Shown: in pieces, positions 26,693 through 41,159 of the stretch
How the letters are laid out: each line of letters opens with the position of its first letter
Position numbering within the stretch: position 1 is the first letter of the stretch
DNA from: Tricharina praecox
Taxonomy: Eukaryota
Direction of reading: 5' to 3'
Length of the DNA stretch: 64,000 nucleotides
Assembly: GCF_024521635.1 (NCBI RefSeq)
Contig: NW_026250413.1
Span: 806,001-870,000, forward strand
Made by a program: the position numbers and the translations under genes
Notes under the pieces: model-generated
What the model was told of the DNA's origin: nothing
Database searches by the model: none
What the model saw: only the letters and a program-made list of their open reading frames with translations

Positions 26693-29600
26693 CTATCCAA
26701 GCGGCGGCGGCGCTGCCATGACCCCTTTCCCGAAGAAATCCGCCACGACTCCAAACTTATCCTTGCCGTCACTAAGAGTACTCTTGAAGTAATCGTGTCT
26801 CTCCGCCGCCTCATCCTGGCTCCTTTTGAGCGTGCGAATGGTCTGGTTGGTTGGCGCACACGCAATACACTCGAGGTTCTCGCCGTCTGTGGCGTTGAGA
26901 CACCGTTGGTGGAACGAGTGTTTGCACAGGAAGTGCACTGTGGGGAGATCCAGGGTTAGACTACAGGCCTGACAGCGCTGCGCTTGAAAGACGGTTGGTT
27001 TCGACCCGAGTTCACTGATCTCGAAGGTTTTCTTTGTCGTTTCCGAGCGGTAGGTTTCGATCATTTTGCGGTTCTGGGTGAGATATTAGCTGGGAGTGGG
27101 GTGAGGAGGAAGAGAGGGAGTACATTTTGAATTTCTCGTCGCTCCCGCTCAATGGTATCACCGAGGTAGCGCTTTACCATTCCTACTGTGGCGACGGCAT
27201 TGCTGCTGAGTGTCTGCACTACCTGTAGAGGTTTCATCAGGCCCTGCTCGTCGATGACCTTGAGGACGCGCTCCAGCTCCTCTTCGCCCACGTCGCGGAG
27301 GACCTTCGGCGAGCTAGTGAAGTATGAGAGTGCGGCGGGGTAGAGCTCCGGTTCTTCGGAGCCGTACTTCTTGAGTGCCCGGACTGCACCGGCTGTGTCA
27401 CCGGCAGAACAGCATGAGCGGAAGATGTCGAAGCGGAGGCCTTGCTTTTCTCGTACGAGGGTGGTGCCGTCCTTGAAATCTGCTAAATGGGAGAGCAGCA
27501 ATACGTTGGATGTATCTACCAGCGCCTGTGGTCGAGAGTTTTAGTTCAACAAATTCGTTTGATCTAAGGATTCGAACAGTACCTCTTTGCTCTCAATAAT
27601 CTTTTTCGCCTTGGCCTCCCACTTCCGTTTCTCCTCCTTATTCTTCGTGGCGTTCGCACTGTGCAGGTATATCTCAAACAGCGTGCTGTAGATATCAACC
27701 CTATCATTCTCGGCAAGTTTCCCAGTGCTCTCTCCATCCTGTACGATCCGTTCAAGGAACTCGATAAACTCGGCCGGATGATCCACAAACGATGAGAACG
27801 CTGTGCGTGGCTTCGGGAGCGGGTACTGCTTTGGCAATACAAGTGGCACAGTTCCACCTTCTCCTGGCGACTCCGTCGGTGCTGTTCCCGAGGCCGAGCC
27901 ACCATTTCGGGTTGGAGTGTTCGATTGTGAGTTGCCACCCATGTACGGCAGCTGCTGAAGCAGCGAGGTATTCAAGTACGACTGGAAGCCGCCGTCATTC
28001 TCCCTTTGCTGCGGCTCAGTAGTCTCGAGCACTGGCTTCGTGCGCGGAACATATTTGCCACTATAATACTCCACCAACATTTCCGTAGTCGGCTGCGGCG
28101 CCTTCTGCAGGAACACCCTAGAGTACCTCATCATATTCGGATACGCGACGTCAGGGTCGAGTCTCTGGATATAAGTGAGAGCACCATTGATATTCTCAAG
28201 ATTCTCGACCATGATGCTAACGACGATGTCGTGTTCCTGCTGTTTCTCGGCGAGATACACCGCCTGCTCGTAGTATCCAGCCTGTCTGCACATGCCTATC
28301 GCCGTGTCGACATCGAACTTGAGGCCTTCTTCAGGGGACTGTTTTATGAATGCCTCAAGTTTGTCGATATCTTTTAGCTTCGCGTAGCAGTTGAGCAGTA
28401 GCGTTGTGTGGTCGGATGTCGCGGCATCGTGCTTGTGTAACTCTTCGAGGTACTCAATCAGGTTGTGGATTCGCTGGGTATCCAAGAACTTGCGGATGAC
28501 GGTGCTGACGCCTTCTTCGTTTGCTGGGCCGAGGGATTTGATGTACCACTGCATCGAGCCGTCGTAATCTCCCTTGCCGTAGAGATAGTCTGCATACCGC
28601 CGGAAGATACCCCGCAATTTCGACTCCTTGATGCCAGCCTTCGAGGCCAGGTTGATGGCGAGAACATACAGATTCCTTGAGTAGAGAATATCGAGTTTTT
28701 CCTGCAAACCGACTTCATGGTACCGGTAAAGCTTCCCGTCCAGCGTGAGAACGAAAAAGTCATTGCAGGAGATGAACATCTCCTTCACACCCGAAATCAA
28801 CCTCTCCGAGTGCGCAATGAACTTGAGTTCCGTATCCAGCAACGTAAACTTCGTAGTCTCAAACAACTCATCGGATGCTGAATTCACAGGTGACTTTCCG
28901 ACCAGCCGCCTGAGCGTATCCGAAACACCCTGTCCTTTGCCGGTTGCCATGGCAGTTGATGGCCGCGAAGCCGGCGGCTGCACGAGTGCAATGTAGTTTT
29001 TGAACACCTTCACCGATTGCTTCGGCCCGTCGTAGGAGTAGCAAGCGCCTCTCCCATTCGGCCCATAGAAGTATAGCGCATCGTCTCTAGCGACCACGAT
29101 ATCGCCTCCCTCATGGACTAATCCTCGCTCATCGGACGTAAGGTCCAGCGCTGGGGTCATGCAACCCACTCCGCAGCCCTGCGACTCGAGCACCTTCGCC
29201 GGATGACTCGCCTTCCCCAGCGTAATGAGTGTAAGGATCCTCGCCGTGGTAGAGACGTAGAGAGTTTCTCCCCCCTCGCTGCCTGGAATCCCTCGATGTC
29301 CCTTCCCACCATCCACAGGCGGCGAAAAGCAAAGGTTCGTAATCGGCTCCTCGGACTCGAAAATAATCCTCTGTTTCGATCCACGGTCGTGTACCAGATC
29401 GCCGCGTATCAGCGTAATTGTCCCATTCGCGAAGCCGACCGCACACAGCGCGAGCGAAGGAATCGCCGCAAAAGCTGTCGTCTGTCATTCCCTTCCATTA
29501 GCCCCCTCCCCATCACCGAAACTCCACTCGAAGTACCCACTGGAAAATATTTCCTCCCATTCGTAATCGTGAGCGAGCTCGTACACCTCGGATCGCCAGT

Positions 29601-30074
29601 TTTCTTATCGATCTGATCGAGCGCCCAGACTTTCAGAACGGGCTCCGAGGATAAATCCTCACTGATGGTAACGAGTAATGACGTTCCCTCGATCTGTTTC
29701 AGGTGCGTGATGGCTCCGCCGCCCTGTGTGAACCCCGCTTCCGCCGTGGAGAAGGTGCGGATGATCTTGAACGAGGAGTTGACGACGTGTACTTTACTGT
29801 CAGACGTGCCGAGAAAGAGGTTGTCGGAGCCGGCGGCGAGTGAAGTTATGTCCACGCCCTATACGACGTCAATTCGTGTGCGAGGCGACAGATGAGCGAA
29901 CTGGGTGGACCGGACCTCAAATGGCGGCGGAGCATTTTCGGGCTCGTCAGCTGCGCGGACACTTGTCACGGCGAAGAAGTTGAAGGATTTCCACTGCGAT
30001 ACGATCCCATGTCAGTTCTGGAGCTTTGAGGAGCTTTTGGGTGTGGAGTTCTTTCGTACTGAAGTCAGCGCCAT
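26693..30074 (-). CDS. VPS11: Vps11/Pep5 HOPS-CORVET subunit (multi-exon)
   Basis: MALTS/WKSFNFF start, beta-propeller, clathrin-repeat KFLDTQRIHNLIEYLEELH, C-terminal RING CQACSLTLDLPTVHFLCKHSFHQRC. Confidence 0.96.
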
Positions 30075-30385
30075 TGCATGTGGTTGGCCTTTAGAACACA
30101 CGCGGGAAGGTCCACGACGACGTCAAGCTCAAGGTGTTTGGGCCCATGCACGCCAAGCGTTGGGGACTCTCGCTTCGCCGGGATCATCCACCTCATCAAC
30201 GCCGAACTTGTGAAACATTGATATTCTGCAATAGAAATCGAGCACAAGCACAGCGCATTTGTTCGATGATTCTATTGAACTCCTCGGGAGGGTGATACAT
30301 CCCCATCCCCGTCCCTACTAACTAGTACAAGTTTAACGGCACATACGGTATTACATCTATGATCTCCTTCATCCTGATACATTCA

Positions 30386-33300
30386 CTACGCATATCCAAA
30401 CACCTCACCAACCGCCGCCCAATTCCATCTCACACCTCCAACACCAACAATAATACACACGATTTCTGTCACAAGCAATGTAACACCGCCCAACATGAAC
30501 CTTGGACTGAAGATGCGATACAACATCAGGTGCCTCCTCAACCACCCAGCACAAACCATGCTCGCCCCTGCTATCGTTGCCTGGAAGAGCATATATGTGG
30601 CACTTGCCCGAGCTACTCTGCCCAATGCACCCTCCTCATCGTCCTGTGCCTTCTTTGGCGGCGCCTTCCACAGCCCGACTAGCGGCACTGCGATTGCCGT
30701 GAGAATCTGCGGACCGAGTGTGTTGCCCACCACTAGGAGCGGCGACCATGGGTACCGGATTGAAGTGAGGGGGATGAAGGCGGACTCCCACTGAATCGAC
30801 GAGAGCGTAGCCTGGTGACCGGTGGAGAAGAAGTGGGAATTGCCCAGCAGCGCCAAAACCACAGGTCCAATCGAAGAGGATGACAGGTTGTTGACATCAA
30901 TGAGCTCCAGCACCGTCAGGATCTGCCACAACAAGATACCCATTGAGAGTCCACCCATCGGCTTCTGGAGGAGGATGAGGGCCAGAGCCCAACAAACAAC
31001 CAGGAGAAAGTATCGGCTACCGTGGGCGTTGGCATAACCGAGGATTGTGACGGTACGCCCACTGGCGGACATCACTTTCTTTCCTTCTTCCGGCTTTACC
31101 TCGTTGTCTTGGACATCGATGTCAAGGCAAAGGGACGACCATCCAAACCCGACATGGCCAGCGACCAGGGCCACAGCCAGCACAATTTGGGCAATGACGA
31201 TCTTTGTACCCTTGATCATCCCGTCGTATTGTGGGAACCAGGAACCGTTGTCGGCAGAATCAAGAGTCCAGAAAATCGCGATCAAGAAAAGTCCTGCACG
31301 GAAAGCCCAACCAATGAAGAATGGCGCCGGTCCTTCGTACGATCTGCTGCCGGTGTAAAATGACCTGACGATCGACGGAAGCACCAGGGCCATGACGAAC
31401 AGCATGCCCAAAGTCCATGGAGCCGATACAGAGGACGTAGCAGAAGCATAGAAGGTGCTCTCGCAAAAGGGCATCTGCTCCTCTCTGCACAGTCGTGAAA
31501 ACGAAGCCGCACGGGTGAGGATGAGGAGCATGATGGAGTGGTAGGTTCCCAAAATCCGGCTCGCAGAGTCATTAATTCTTTGCGAGGCAACGAAAGTGGC
31601 AACTGCAAAGGTAGCGATGAAGTACGTGAGCGTTTTGTCCTCCCAGATGGTGAACGAATTGGAGCCAAACATGATCGAGTTGAGGACTGTGAGGAGAAGG
31701 GAAAGGAATCCCCAGCCAGAGGTTGGTAGGACGGATGCAAGCCTATTACGGACTTGAATGCTAGCGAAGAGAAAGCCGAGAATAGCCCCCATCGCCGTGC
31801 CAAACAGAATCGCATGCAGTTTTGGAACTTCCAGTTTTTCACTGAGAGTGAAAGCCACTGGCAGGGAAGCAAGAGTGCCAACACTGAGTCCATTGCAAAT
31901 CCTCTTAAGAAGCGCATCCGTGAGCTCCATGTTGTCGCCCACGAATCCCCTAGCGTAGATCGCCAGGACCAGAATGCTGCCGGCCAATACAGACACGCCG
32001 GCGCCCATGCTAACCAAATCAAACCTCGCCCAGAGGTATTTGCAGATGCGAAGAGTCTCTTGCTGAAGGGTGGAAAAGTCCCTGTAGATGCCCTGCCACT
32101 CGTCTCCGGTGACCTTCCACTTGCCTCGCACGCTGTTCCACTTGGCCTGACCGTCATCCCAGGAAGCTTTCACCAGTGGATCCTCCTCCGAATCCGGCCC
32201 GGCGTACTCTCGTTGGTACCGCTTGATTTGGGCAGACGTCAACCGGGAGACAGTAGCCAAGTTCTTCATCCCTTCGTCGCCTCGCTTTCCGAGGAAAGCT
32301 TCCGCAATGGGTGCTCCCAGGTTGTTGAACGGGATGGGTGCTCCCAGGAGAAGCGAGAGTGTGGGAACAAGATCAATTTGAGCTACGGACCGAGGTTCGT
32401 CCTTGGGCAATAGAGCTTCCGGTAGACGTCCAAATATTGGCTTCTTGGAGTACATCCACAGCGCGGCCTCAATCTCGCCCTGTGACTCTCCACCGTGATC
32501 GCCCTTGGGATCCATGCCGTGGTCTCCCATGACAATCAGCAGGGTCTCGTCATCGATGCTGCTAACCAGCCGCTGGATAATGCCGTCCATCTGGGTCAGT
32601 TTCTCGGTCATGGCGAAGTGATCGGGGCCGTATCTGTGGCCGGCATGATCCACACCGAGATAATGCGCGAACAGAACATCCCATTTCGTCGAGTTCTTTG
32701 GGTCCAGAAGGGGGAAAATGTGTTCGTTCACGCCGTTGTCGACAGTGTGAAGATCCCAAACGTTCAGACTCTCATACGGGTGGTTCATATCGTCTTCAAA
32801 GTAGCCTGGGAAGAGCGCCATCCACGTGTCGTCGCCCATGAAGGCCATCCGCTTGCCCAATGACTTGAGCTGCGCGATGACATTGTCCTCTTCAATAGCG
32901 GTACCGGCAAAGTTGCTGCCGGCGTCGATAAACGTAGGGAGCGTGCCGGTCGTGAGCCCCTTCAGACGCTGTAGCGTGGTAGTGGGCGGGTCAGCGATGA
33001 ACGGGAGAAGGACAGAATTCTCGGGATGTTTGGAGGTAATCTCGTATGGCGTCGTGAAGGCGTTGTGGCAGTGGAGAGGCAAGCTCGAGTTGTCTTCCGA
33101 AACGAACGGAACGGTAAAGTCGTATCGCAGCGCATCGACAATTACCACAACCGCCTTGTTGAAGGTCTTCGGATGCCAACAGCCATTTTCTGAGTTGATA
33201 AGCGGCGCATCCCCGTATGCCTGAAGCGGTGAGATCTGGCAGGAGGATTTGTGCTCGAGCACCAGCCGCGTCAACAGGAAGCCCTTAGTGAAAAGGAACA

Positions 33301-33544
33301 ATCCCACGCCGTGTAAGTAGAAGAAGCTCAGCAGTAATGCGACGAGAAGGCCATGGTTGTATTTGAAATTGGTCAACTGAATTGCGCTCCGCTGTTTGAT
33401 CTGTTCACTGGAGCGTCCGGATGCCGCTTCCCGTGCTTGTGTTTCCTTTGCAGCAGCGAATTGACCGGCGATCGATTGATACTCCGAAGGTTTCTTCTTC
33501 TGCTGCGGCTGTTGTTGCTGTTGTTTCTGCGACCGCGTGGTCAT
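30386..33544 (-). CDS. GPI13: GPI ethanolamine-phosphate transferase 3 (PIG-O)
   Basis: Single 1052-aa ORF: DALRYDF, ADPPTTTLQRLKGLTTG, HYLGVDHAGHRYGP, multi-TM C-terminal half. Confidence 0.96.
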   Translation of the reverse strand: MTTRSQKQQQQQPQQKKKPSEYQSIAGQFAAAKETQAREAASGRSSEQIKQRSAIQLTNFKYNHGLLVALLLSFFYLHGVGLFLFTKGFLLTRLVLEHKSSCQISPLQAYGDAPLINSENGCWHPKTFNKAVVVIVDALRYDFTVPFVSEDNSSLPLHCHNAFTTPYEITSKHPENSVLLPFIADPPTTTLQRLKGLTTGTLPTFIDAGSNFAGTAIEEDNVIAQLKSLGKRMAFMGDDTWMALFPGYFEDDMNHPYESLNVWDLHTVDNGVNEHIFPLLDPKNSTKWDVLFAHYLGVDHAGHRYGPDHFAMTEKLTQMDGIIQRLVSSIDDETLLIVMGDHGMDPKGDHGGESQGEIEAALWMYSKKPIFGRLPEALLPKDEPRSVAQIDLVPTLSLLLGAPIPFNNLGAPIAEAFLGKRGDEGMKNLATVSRLTSAQIKRYQREYAGPDSEEDPLVKASWDDGQAKWNSVRGKWKVTGDEWQGIYRDFSTLQQETLRICKYLWARFDLVSMGAGVSVLAGSILVLAIYARGFVGDNMELTDALLKRICNGLSVGTLASLPVAFTLSEKLEVPKLHAILFGTAMGAILGFLFASIQVRNRLASVLPTSGWGFLSLLLTVLNSIMFGSNSFTIWEDKTLTYFIATFAVATFVASQRINDSASRILGTYHSIMLLILTRAASFSRLCREEQMPFCESTFYASATSSVSAPWTLGMLFVMALVLPSIVRSFYTGSRSYEGPAPFFIGWAFRAGLFLIAIFWTLDSADNGSWFPQYDGMIKGTKIVIAQIVLAVALVAGHVGFGWSSLCLDIDVQDNEVKPEEGKKVMSASGRTVTILGYANAHGSRYFLLVVCWALALILLQKPMGGLSMGILLWQILTVLELIDVNNLSSSSIGPVVLALLGNSHFFSTGHQATLSSIQWESAFIPLTSIRYPWSPLLVVGNTLGPQILTAIAVPLVGLWKAPPKKAQDDEEGALGRVARASATYMLFQATIAGASMVCAGWLRRHLMLYRIFSPRFMLGGVTLLVTEIVCIIVGVGGVRWNWAAVGEVFGYA

Positions 33545-33988
33545 CGTAGCGGATTCAAGGGTGCTGCAACCGCGCAGCGTGCATTCGGTGAAGGGAAACG
33601 AAATGTAGAGAGCAAAAAGGGAAGCTTAGGGGATTAAGGAGTTAGGGAACGATGGTAGGAGAACATGGAGCGAATGAGGGACTTCGACGTAGATGGGAAT
33701 CGGGTGGAGCGGAATAACTACTCTGTCTACCTAAGAGACTCAAAGGGGGAAAGTGTCAAGAGTAGCCGGTCTTGATATGGTCCCGAATCAAGGCCTCGTG
33801 GCGGTTGGTGCGTATCGCTCCCCCAGACGTTCCTGTCCCTATGCCGGGTAAATAAAATGATCTCAGACACACAGAACACGCACCTTCTTTGATTTCGACT
33901 TTGTTGGATCGCGCACCAGGCACCACACGTCAACCCACTTCACGTCTCAACCCCTCCACTTTCTCACACAACACCGCATATTCTCATC

Positions 33989-35523
<1,535 letters not shown>

Positions 35524-35827
35524 GCGTGTTTTTGTATCTTCTTTTGCTATATCTCGTTTACGTTCTGGGATGGCGCCTGTTTTTCTGTCTTTCGTCTTGT
35601 GTTCTCTCACCGCAGACTTTTGAGTGGTAGAGAAAAGCTGAGAATTTGTACTTTATAATGAAAATGACAGTACCAATCACTCGTGCTCTCACTTTTCAAA
35701 CTCTCAGAAAACAGTCCATGTACTCCAGCTAAATAATGTGATCTACCGAATTACACGCTCCAGAACGTAAGGGACATAAAATTAAAGAGAAAAAATCCGT
35801 TTTTCTTTTTAGATATAGAAAGCGTCT

Positions 35828-36951
35828 CTAGAAGCAGAAAACCTGGTGGTCGAGCTTGGAAACGGGCTTCGCCGGCTCGAAGCCGAGCGCAGTGGTAGCC
35901 TTCTTCATGGCGCTGACCATGGGTGGAGGACCGCAGATGAGGACCTTAACGTCCTTTGCGGGGCCGGGGCACCAGTCCTATTATTCCATTAGCATTAGCA
36001 AAAGGAACTCAATCAGGGGGAATGGATGCATGCGCGTACCTTGATCATATCAGCAGTAACGAAACCAACACCGCCCTTCCATCCCTCAGGGGGGTTGTTC
36101 AGGACGTAGTGAACACGGAAATTGTCATGGTTGGCCGCAAGCTCATCCAGGTCCTCCCTAAGGAGGATATCTTCCACATTGACGTTCGCAAAGATGAGGT
36201 CGACCTGAGTCTTATCGTCGGGGTTCTCGGTGATGGCGCGGACAATCTGGAGCATGGGCGTGATTCCGGTTCCTCCGGCGATCATGGTGAAGGCGCGCAC
36301 CATGTTGGAGGTGTACACGAATTGTCCCTTGGGGCCGCGGCACTTGATGGTCTGTCCGATCTTCATGTTGGCGACGTATTTGGAGATGTTGCCGGTCGGG
36401 TAAGACTTGATCAGGAGGTTGAAGTGGCCACGATCCGCATCCGAGGAGGTAGGGGTGTACGAGCGAACGATTTCCTTGCCGTCGATGGTAGCGGCCAGCG
36501 AGACGTGCTGGCCGATGGGAAGGCCGAGGATCGCGTTGGGGTGAGGGAGGGTGAACTTGTAGCTACACCGCCGTCAGTAATCGGTCAATGGCAAAGGCAA
36601 CACCAGGGGGGAGAAGTACATGGCGACATTGTGCGAGATCACGGTCTTGTCCGCGAGCGCGAACTCCTGGAACTGGTCAGGCTTGAGGACTTTGGAAGGC
36701 GCTGTTGGTGATCACATTAGCTCTCCGAGATCTCAGGAACGAGTAGGCCACCGAGTCGACAACGATTCGGCGTCAAGGGCGGGTGATCACTTACTTCCTC
36801 GCAGCACCTTGAAGCCACCCAACAAGACAGCGAGACCGATGGCGTACGGAACATAGTACCGGTCGATGATTGCCGCACCGAGGATGAGGAGTCCTGCGGG
36901 AATGTAGATTCCGTGTAACGGGGTGCTGAGGATGTTCTGCTTCTTCGCCAT
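35828..36951 (-). CDS. CBR1: NADH-cytochrome b5 reductase 1 (3 introns)
   Basis: N-terminal TM anchor; [33 protein letters not shown], ends QVFCF. Confidence 0.93.
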
Positions 36952-37959
36952 GTTTTTTTTCGTGTCGTCGTTAGGTTCCGGTGGTTGGAGTTGAGAGGAG
37001 AAGAGAGAAGGAGAATGAGAGAAAGTCGGGGGACGAATGGGATATGTAGTCTCAACGTTCTATCGCGCGGGTAGCCCGGGCGTGAATGATCTGAGCTGAT
37101 GCAGGGCGAAGGGGGATGGGGACCATTGGGACGGTAGTGCAGCCAACAATTGTTATTTGGGCAAAATAATAGTGGGATTTTTTTTGATGAGGCGCTTCTC
37201 CCAGATAGGATAGGCTTCTTTCGGACGACCAAGGGTGCGGCTGAAGAATAGCACTCTTCACCCCCCGAGACGTGTTCTATGTACCCAGCTTACGACAGAT
37301 AGACCGCTGAAAAGGGTCTCTAGACCGCTGAAAAAGACCTATGGGATTTAAATGGCCCGTAATTCCTGTAGACGACGAGACCACTGGCGGCGGTGGAGAT
37401 CGCTGGGCCTGGAGAGCTTGCTTTAGATCTTCTAGATATCTCCGAAGCACGGATCAGAGTATGTAACACAGACGGTGCTTATGATCTACATACGCCCGAG
37501 ACATCTCCGCCGAGCCTGGGAGCACGTTCCGCACTGTTTTCCGTGCTCGGCTCTTTCGGCCTTCTCCACAATCAAACACCGTCGCATCCGCACCATCGGT
37601 CCCCTCGCCATGTCGAATTCAAGAGAAACGATGAGAAGACCGCCTTTCCCTCTCTTTTTCTATTGGCTATCACCTACCTAGGCTCCTACTTGGCTAGCGG
37701 GAATAGCCTCGGGAGAGCATTTCTCATATGTGGGGAATAGTCAAGCTTCCGAGCCCGAAATTCCGGCGGAAAGAAATTCTCACCGGAACACTCCCGCCTG
37801 TGCAGGGTTTTGCATGTGGCATGCGGGAACATGCGGACCTTTGTGGTGGGGCACGGTGTATATTTGCCGAAAAAACGATGAACAAACGTATATGCATGGT
37901 TATTCCGACAGTAGGGTACCATGTATAGTAGAGTACCGCCGTTCCACCTAGACAGCACA

Positions 37960-38290
37960 AATTTTGAGATGACTGCACGGTCACCGTGGACGAGGAACTC
38001 GCAGCCAGCGCGCACGCAGTAGGCCCACAGCCCCAGGGCTCTCGATGTACACAGATGTATCCCGTATGGACTCCAGAGCAGCCGGCTACACTGTTGTCTG
38101 GCGTCGCGGCACTCAATGGAAGAGACGCAAGGTCAACATGGGACTCCAGCAGGAGGCGTATGATGCGTAATGGGCGGCTATTGCCCGAGCACTGGAAGCA
38201 GTGGCACGCCCTTAGCAGAGTCATCATTCAGGCACGGAAGCACATCGCCACCCTCCGCCACACCTATGGGGTGCCATTTCGGGACCACGT
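37960..38290 (+). mobile_element. Degenerate RNase H fragment of a non-LTR (Tad1/I-like LINE) retrotransposon
   Basis: Frame from 38045: MYTDVSRMDSRAAGYTVVWRRGTQWKRRKVNMGLQQEAYDA*WAAIARALEA (cf. YTDGS..G..EAYDAE.AI..AL); QARKHIATLR follows in another frame. Confidence 0.7.
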
Positions 38291-40907
38291 CATGTCGAGT
38301 CACTCTAGGACAATCCACAACGCAACGGGGTCTATTTTCACCTGGGTGATCACCCAGCGCGAGTACCGTATACCTAAAGTACCCTAACGACTAGTACCGA
38401 TTAGAACCAGCGGTTTTTATTCAGCGAATGTCCGTACTGCTTCTCACGGCACTGAACCACACTTGTAATGCGCCGGTACCGGGAAAACCCTCATCGGAGC
38501 ATAGACACGGTACAGCGTAGGGTCGGTCGGTACGGGACGGTCATCGCCGGTACTGTTCACGCGGTACAGCCAAAGGTACCGTTCCCTTCCACCGAGTTTG
38601 ACCGCCGCCTCCCAACCGATTTTGACCGCCGCCAGCCAGCGGTCAATTCTCCATCAAATTTATCATTCATATGCATCTACTTCATGGTAGATTACTTCAA
38701 GACTATGATATGAGCATTATGGATAGTATATTACCGCCCAGCACTGATAGTTCATGGTGAAATAGGTGTTCTTCCGGTAGGATAAGTTGGAAACTCTCGG
38801 ATAACCACAGGGGAGCAGTGCAGGCAGACCATCCTAGACTTCCTCTCTTCCACTGATGTGGGCAGACGGATCCCAGAGGCCGCTGAGGAAGATGCAGCAA
38901 GAGGTGTCCGAGTGAGAGCTCGGTGAGCGAGCAGAGAGGGAATCAGAGCTGAGGCGAGAGGAGGAGGAGGGTGCTGATGTCGAGGAGCCGGAGTCACTCC
39001 AGCTGTTCCTCCCGACACCATCTTTCTTGGCATATCCTGTGGAAGAGGCAAAGGGCAAAGCGGGGTAGTAAGGAGCGGAAGCTGCTTTGTCCTAGTACCT
39101 ATCATTTCCTCGGTGCCCTCTAGGTACTTCTATCATGGGACAGGCCAGGGCGAAGGGGGTGGGGAAAGCCACATCAGGCCGCTCGATGAAAGTCGTGTTG
39201 GACAGTGGTGTGGAATCGGAGTGTGTATATATATTGCCATGATCCGTTTAGGTCGCAAGCAATTAATGATTAAACAAAAAGTGCACTGCATGGTGAGAGT
39301 GCGGGGTATTGACCGAGGACAATGAGATTATGAGCATTACCATCGCCTAAAACCATGTCCTACAGTTACTGTTAGTTCTATGGCTGGACATAATTTCTGT
39401 CCAAAACCGTCTCGTATGGCCCGACGGCTGGGGCATCAAACTTACTAGATAGCAGTATCTCGGACGAGGCCGACTGCAAAATCTAAGCGGCAGCACTGCA
39501 GAAATTTTACGGTCGAAGGTAAAATTTCCACCAAATATCGCTTCAGCTCCCTGTTGTCGGACGTTCCGGTAGCATAATGGTCGTTTAAGTTGTTCTGACT
39601 ATGATTGACTGCCCGGCGACCGGCACCAGGCCCTCACAGCATCTGATGATAGATTTCCCGGCATTCGACCGCGGTGGCGGTCATGGGCTACGGGACACCG
39701 ATTCTGCGCAGTCTGAGCTGGCTCCCGGTAAATAGCAGCCCATATTGAGCATGGAGCTTCCGATGGCACTGCAGAGCCGTCGCTGAAGTTTCGGAGGGGG
39801 GGCTGGTGCACGGCTTCCAACCTCCAGACCATGGGTGGTCACTCAAATGCCCCGAGTCCCTGTGGATAAGCCGTCTGGAGTGTACCAACCCTGGACGAAA
39901 GGGGGCACGATTTCCAATTGAGTGTTGTGGCAGTCGTGCTTCATTCATGGTGCGAGACAGCCAGGAGGGACTTCTGTGAATACTAAGAATCTTTGTTCAA
40001 CTGCGGTATCAAAGAGGTAGGCTACCACATGCCTCCATCAAGCCCGGTGAAGGTATTGAACCGGTTCGGGTAGCGACGCAGTTCTACACTACGTGGAGGA
40101 AGCCGGTGGCATCATCAAGCCTGTACTTGCTCACGCTGCGGAAGAGAAGTTGCATATACTTTCGTGACTCCGGGGGAGTGGAGGAATGCGCTGGAGCTTC
40201 TCGTTCGTGTGCTCTTCAAAACGAGCGGCATAAGGCCGAGATGTCGTGAAAGGCTGTTCGGAATTGCCAATGTGGAATGGCTAGAGAAGTTTAAGTAACC
40301 GAGTCAACATTTAGCGGAACGTGGGGGGCCGGATCAACGGCATCGCGCAAGCCCGGCGGCTATAAACTGGAATAGTCCGAGAAGACGCATAGCGGGAGTG
40401 TGACGGCGGGCTGTGGTCCGGCAAGGCGGGGTGTTGGGTTTCTATCATGTCACTCACCGTGTCCAGGGTGTCACTTGTGGAACGGTTGGTCGGTCTTCGG
40501 GCGGGGCGAGGTGCGGCCTACCATCAGGCACGACAGTAAAGAAAGGAAGAGATTAAAATGAAATATGAGCTCCCTCACTCGGAAGACAGACCGACAAAGC
40601 CGTAATGCTTGCCAGCGATGGGGCGTAGATTGTTCCATATTGACGATCTACACGAGTGACATCAATTGACGTGATTTGTACTAGCCGAAAAATCCGTGTC
40701 GGAGCGAAATATAGCGAACAGTAGCGAGCGAAAGAATGGCTCTGGTAAGGTATTATTGAACCATCCATATGGCGGTTTACCAGCATCTATGACAGTAACC
40801 CAGCCTCATTTCGAGCTTGAAATCAGCTGTCATTTATGAGTGAGAGGCTGTGATTGGGGTTCGGACAAGTCATTGCTGACATAAGAACGCGACAAGGCAG
40901 GGGTGTA

Positions 40908-41095
40908 CTCACACGGCCAGAGATTTTGCCCCCCCTCCCGCAAAGATAGTATCTGAGATTCGATCAGTGGCTGGGGGTGGCTCAGTCAATTAAATCTATT
41001 GTTTGACATAGGGTTGATTGCTTATTCTCAGCCACAGATCTAATCTCAAATAATGTTTTTGTAGGTAAGGGGGGCAAGATTTCTGATCATGTGAG
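40908..41095. mobile_element. Fold-back MITE with TA target duplication (Tc1/mariner type)
   Basis: TA|CTCACACGGCCAGAGATTTTGCCCCCCCT ... AAGGGGGGCAAGATTTCTGATCATGTGAG|TA; inner arms are also complementary. Confidence 0.8.
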
Positions 41096-41159
41096 TAGTT
41101 CTGTCGTTGCACCAAGAGTCGTGACCACCCATCGTACCAAAAATGAGCGTGTGAATAAT

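Noticed and set aside
37309-37334. Direct repeat TAGACCGCTGAAAA x2 upstream of CBR1
   Set aside because: Only two units; not an array and no evidence of function
38750-39240. Ser-rich minus-strand ORF with a plausible intron
   Set aside because: Upstream frame closed by stops; no recognisable domain
39600-40540. Coding-like fragments on the minus strand
   Set aside because: Multiple stops and no motif I can identify
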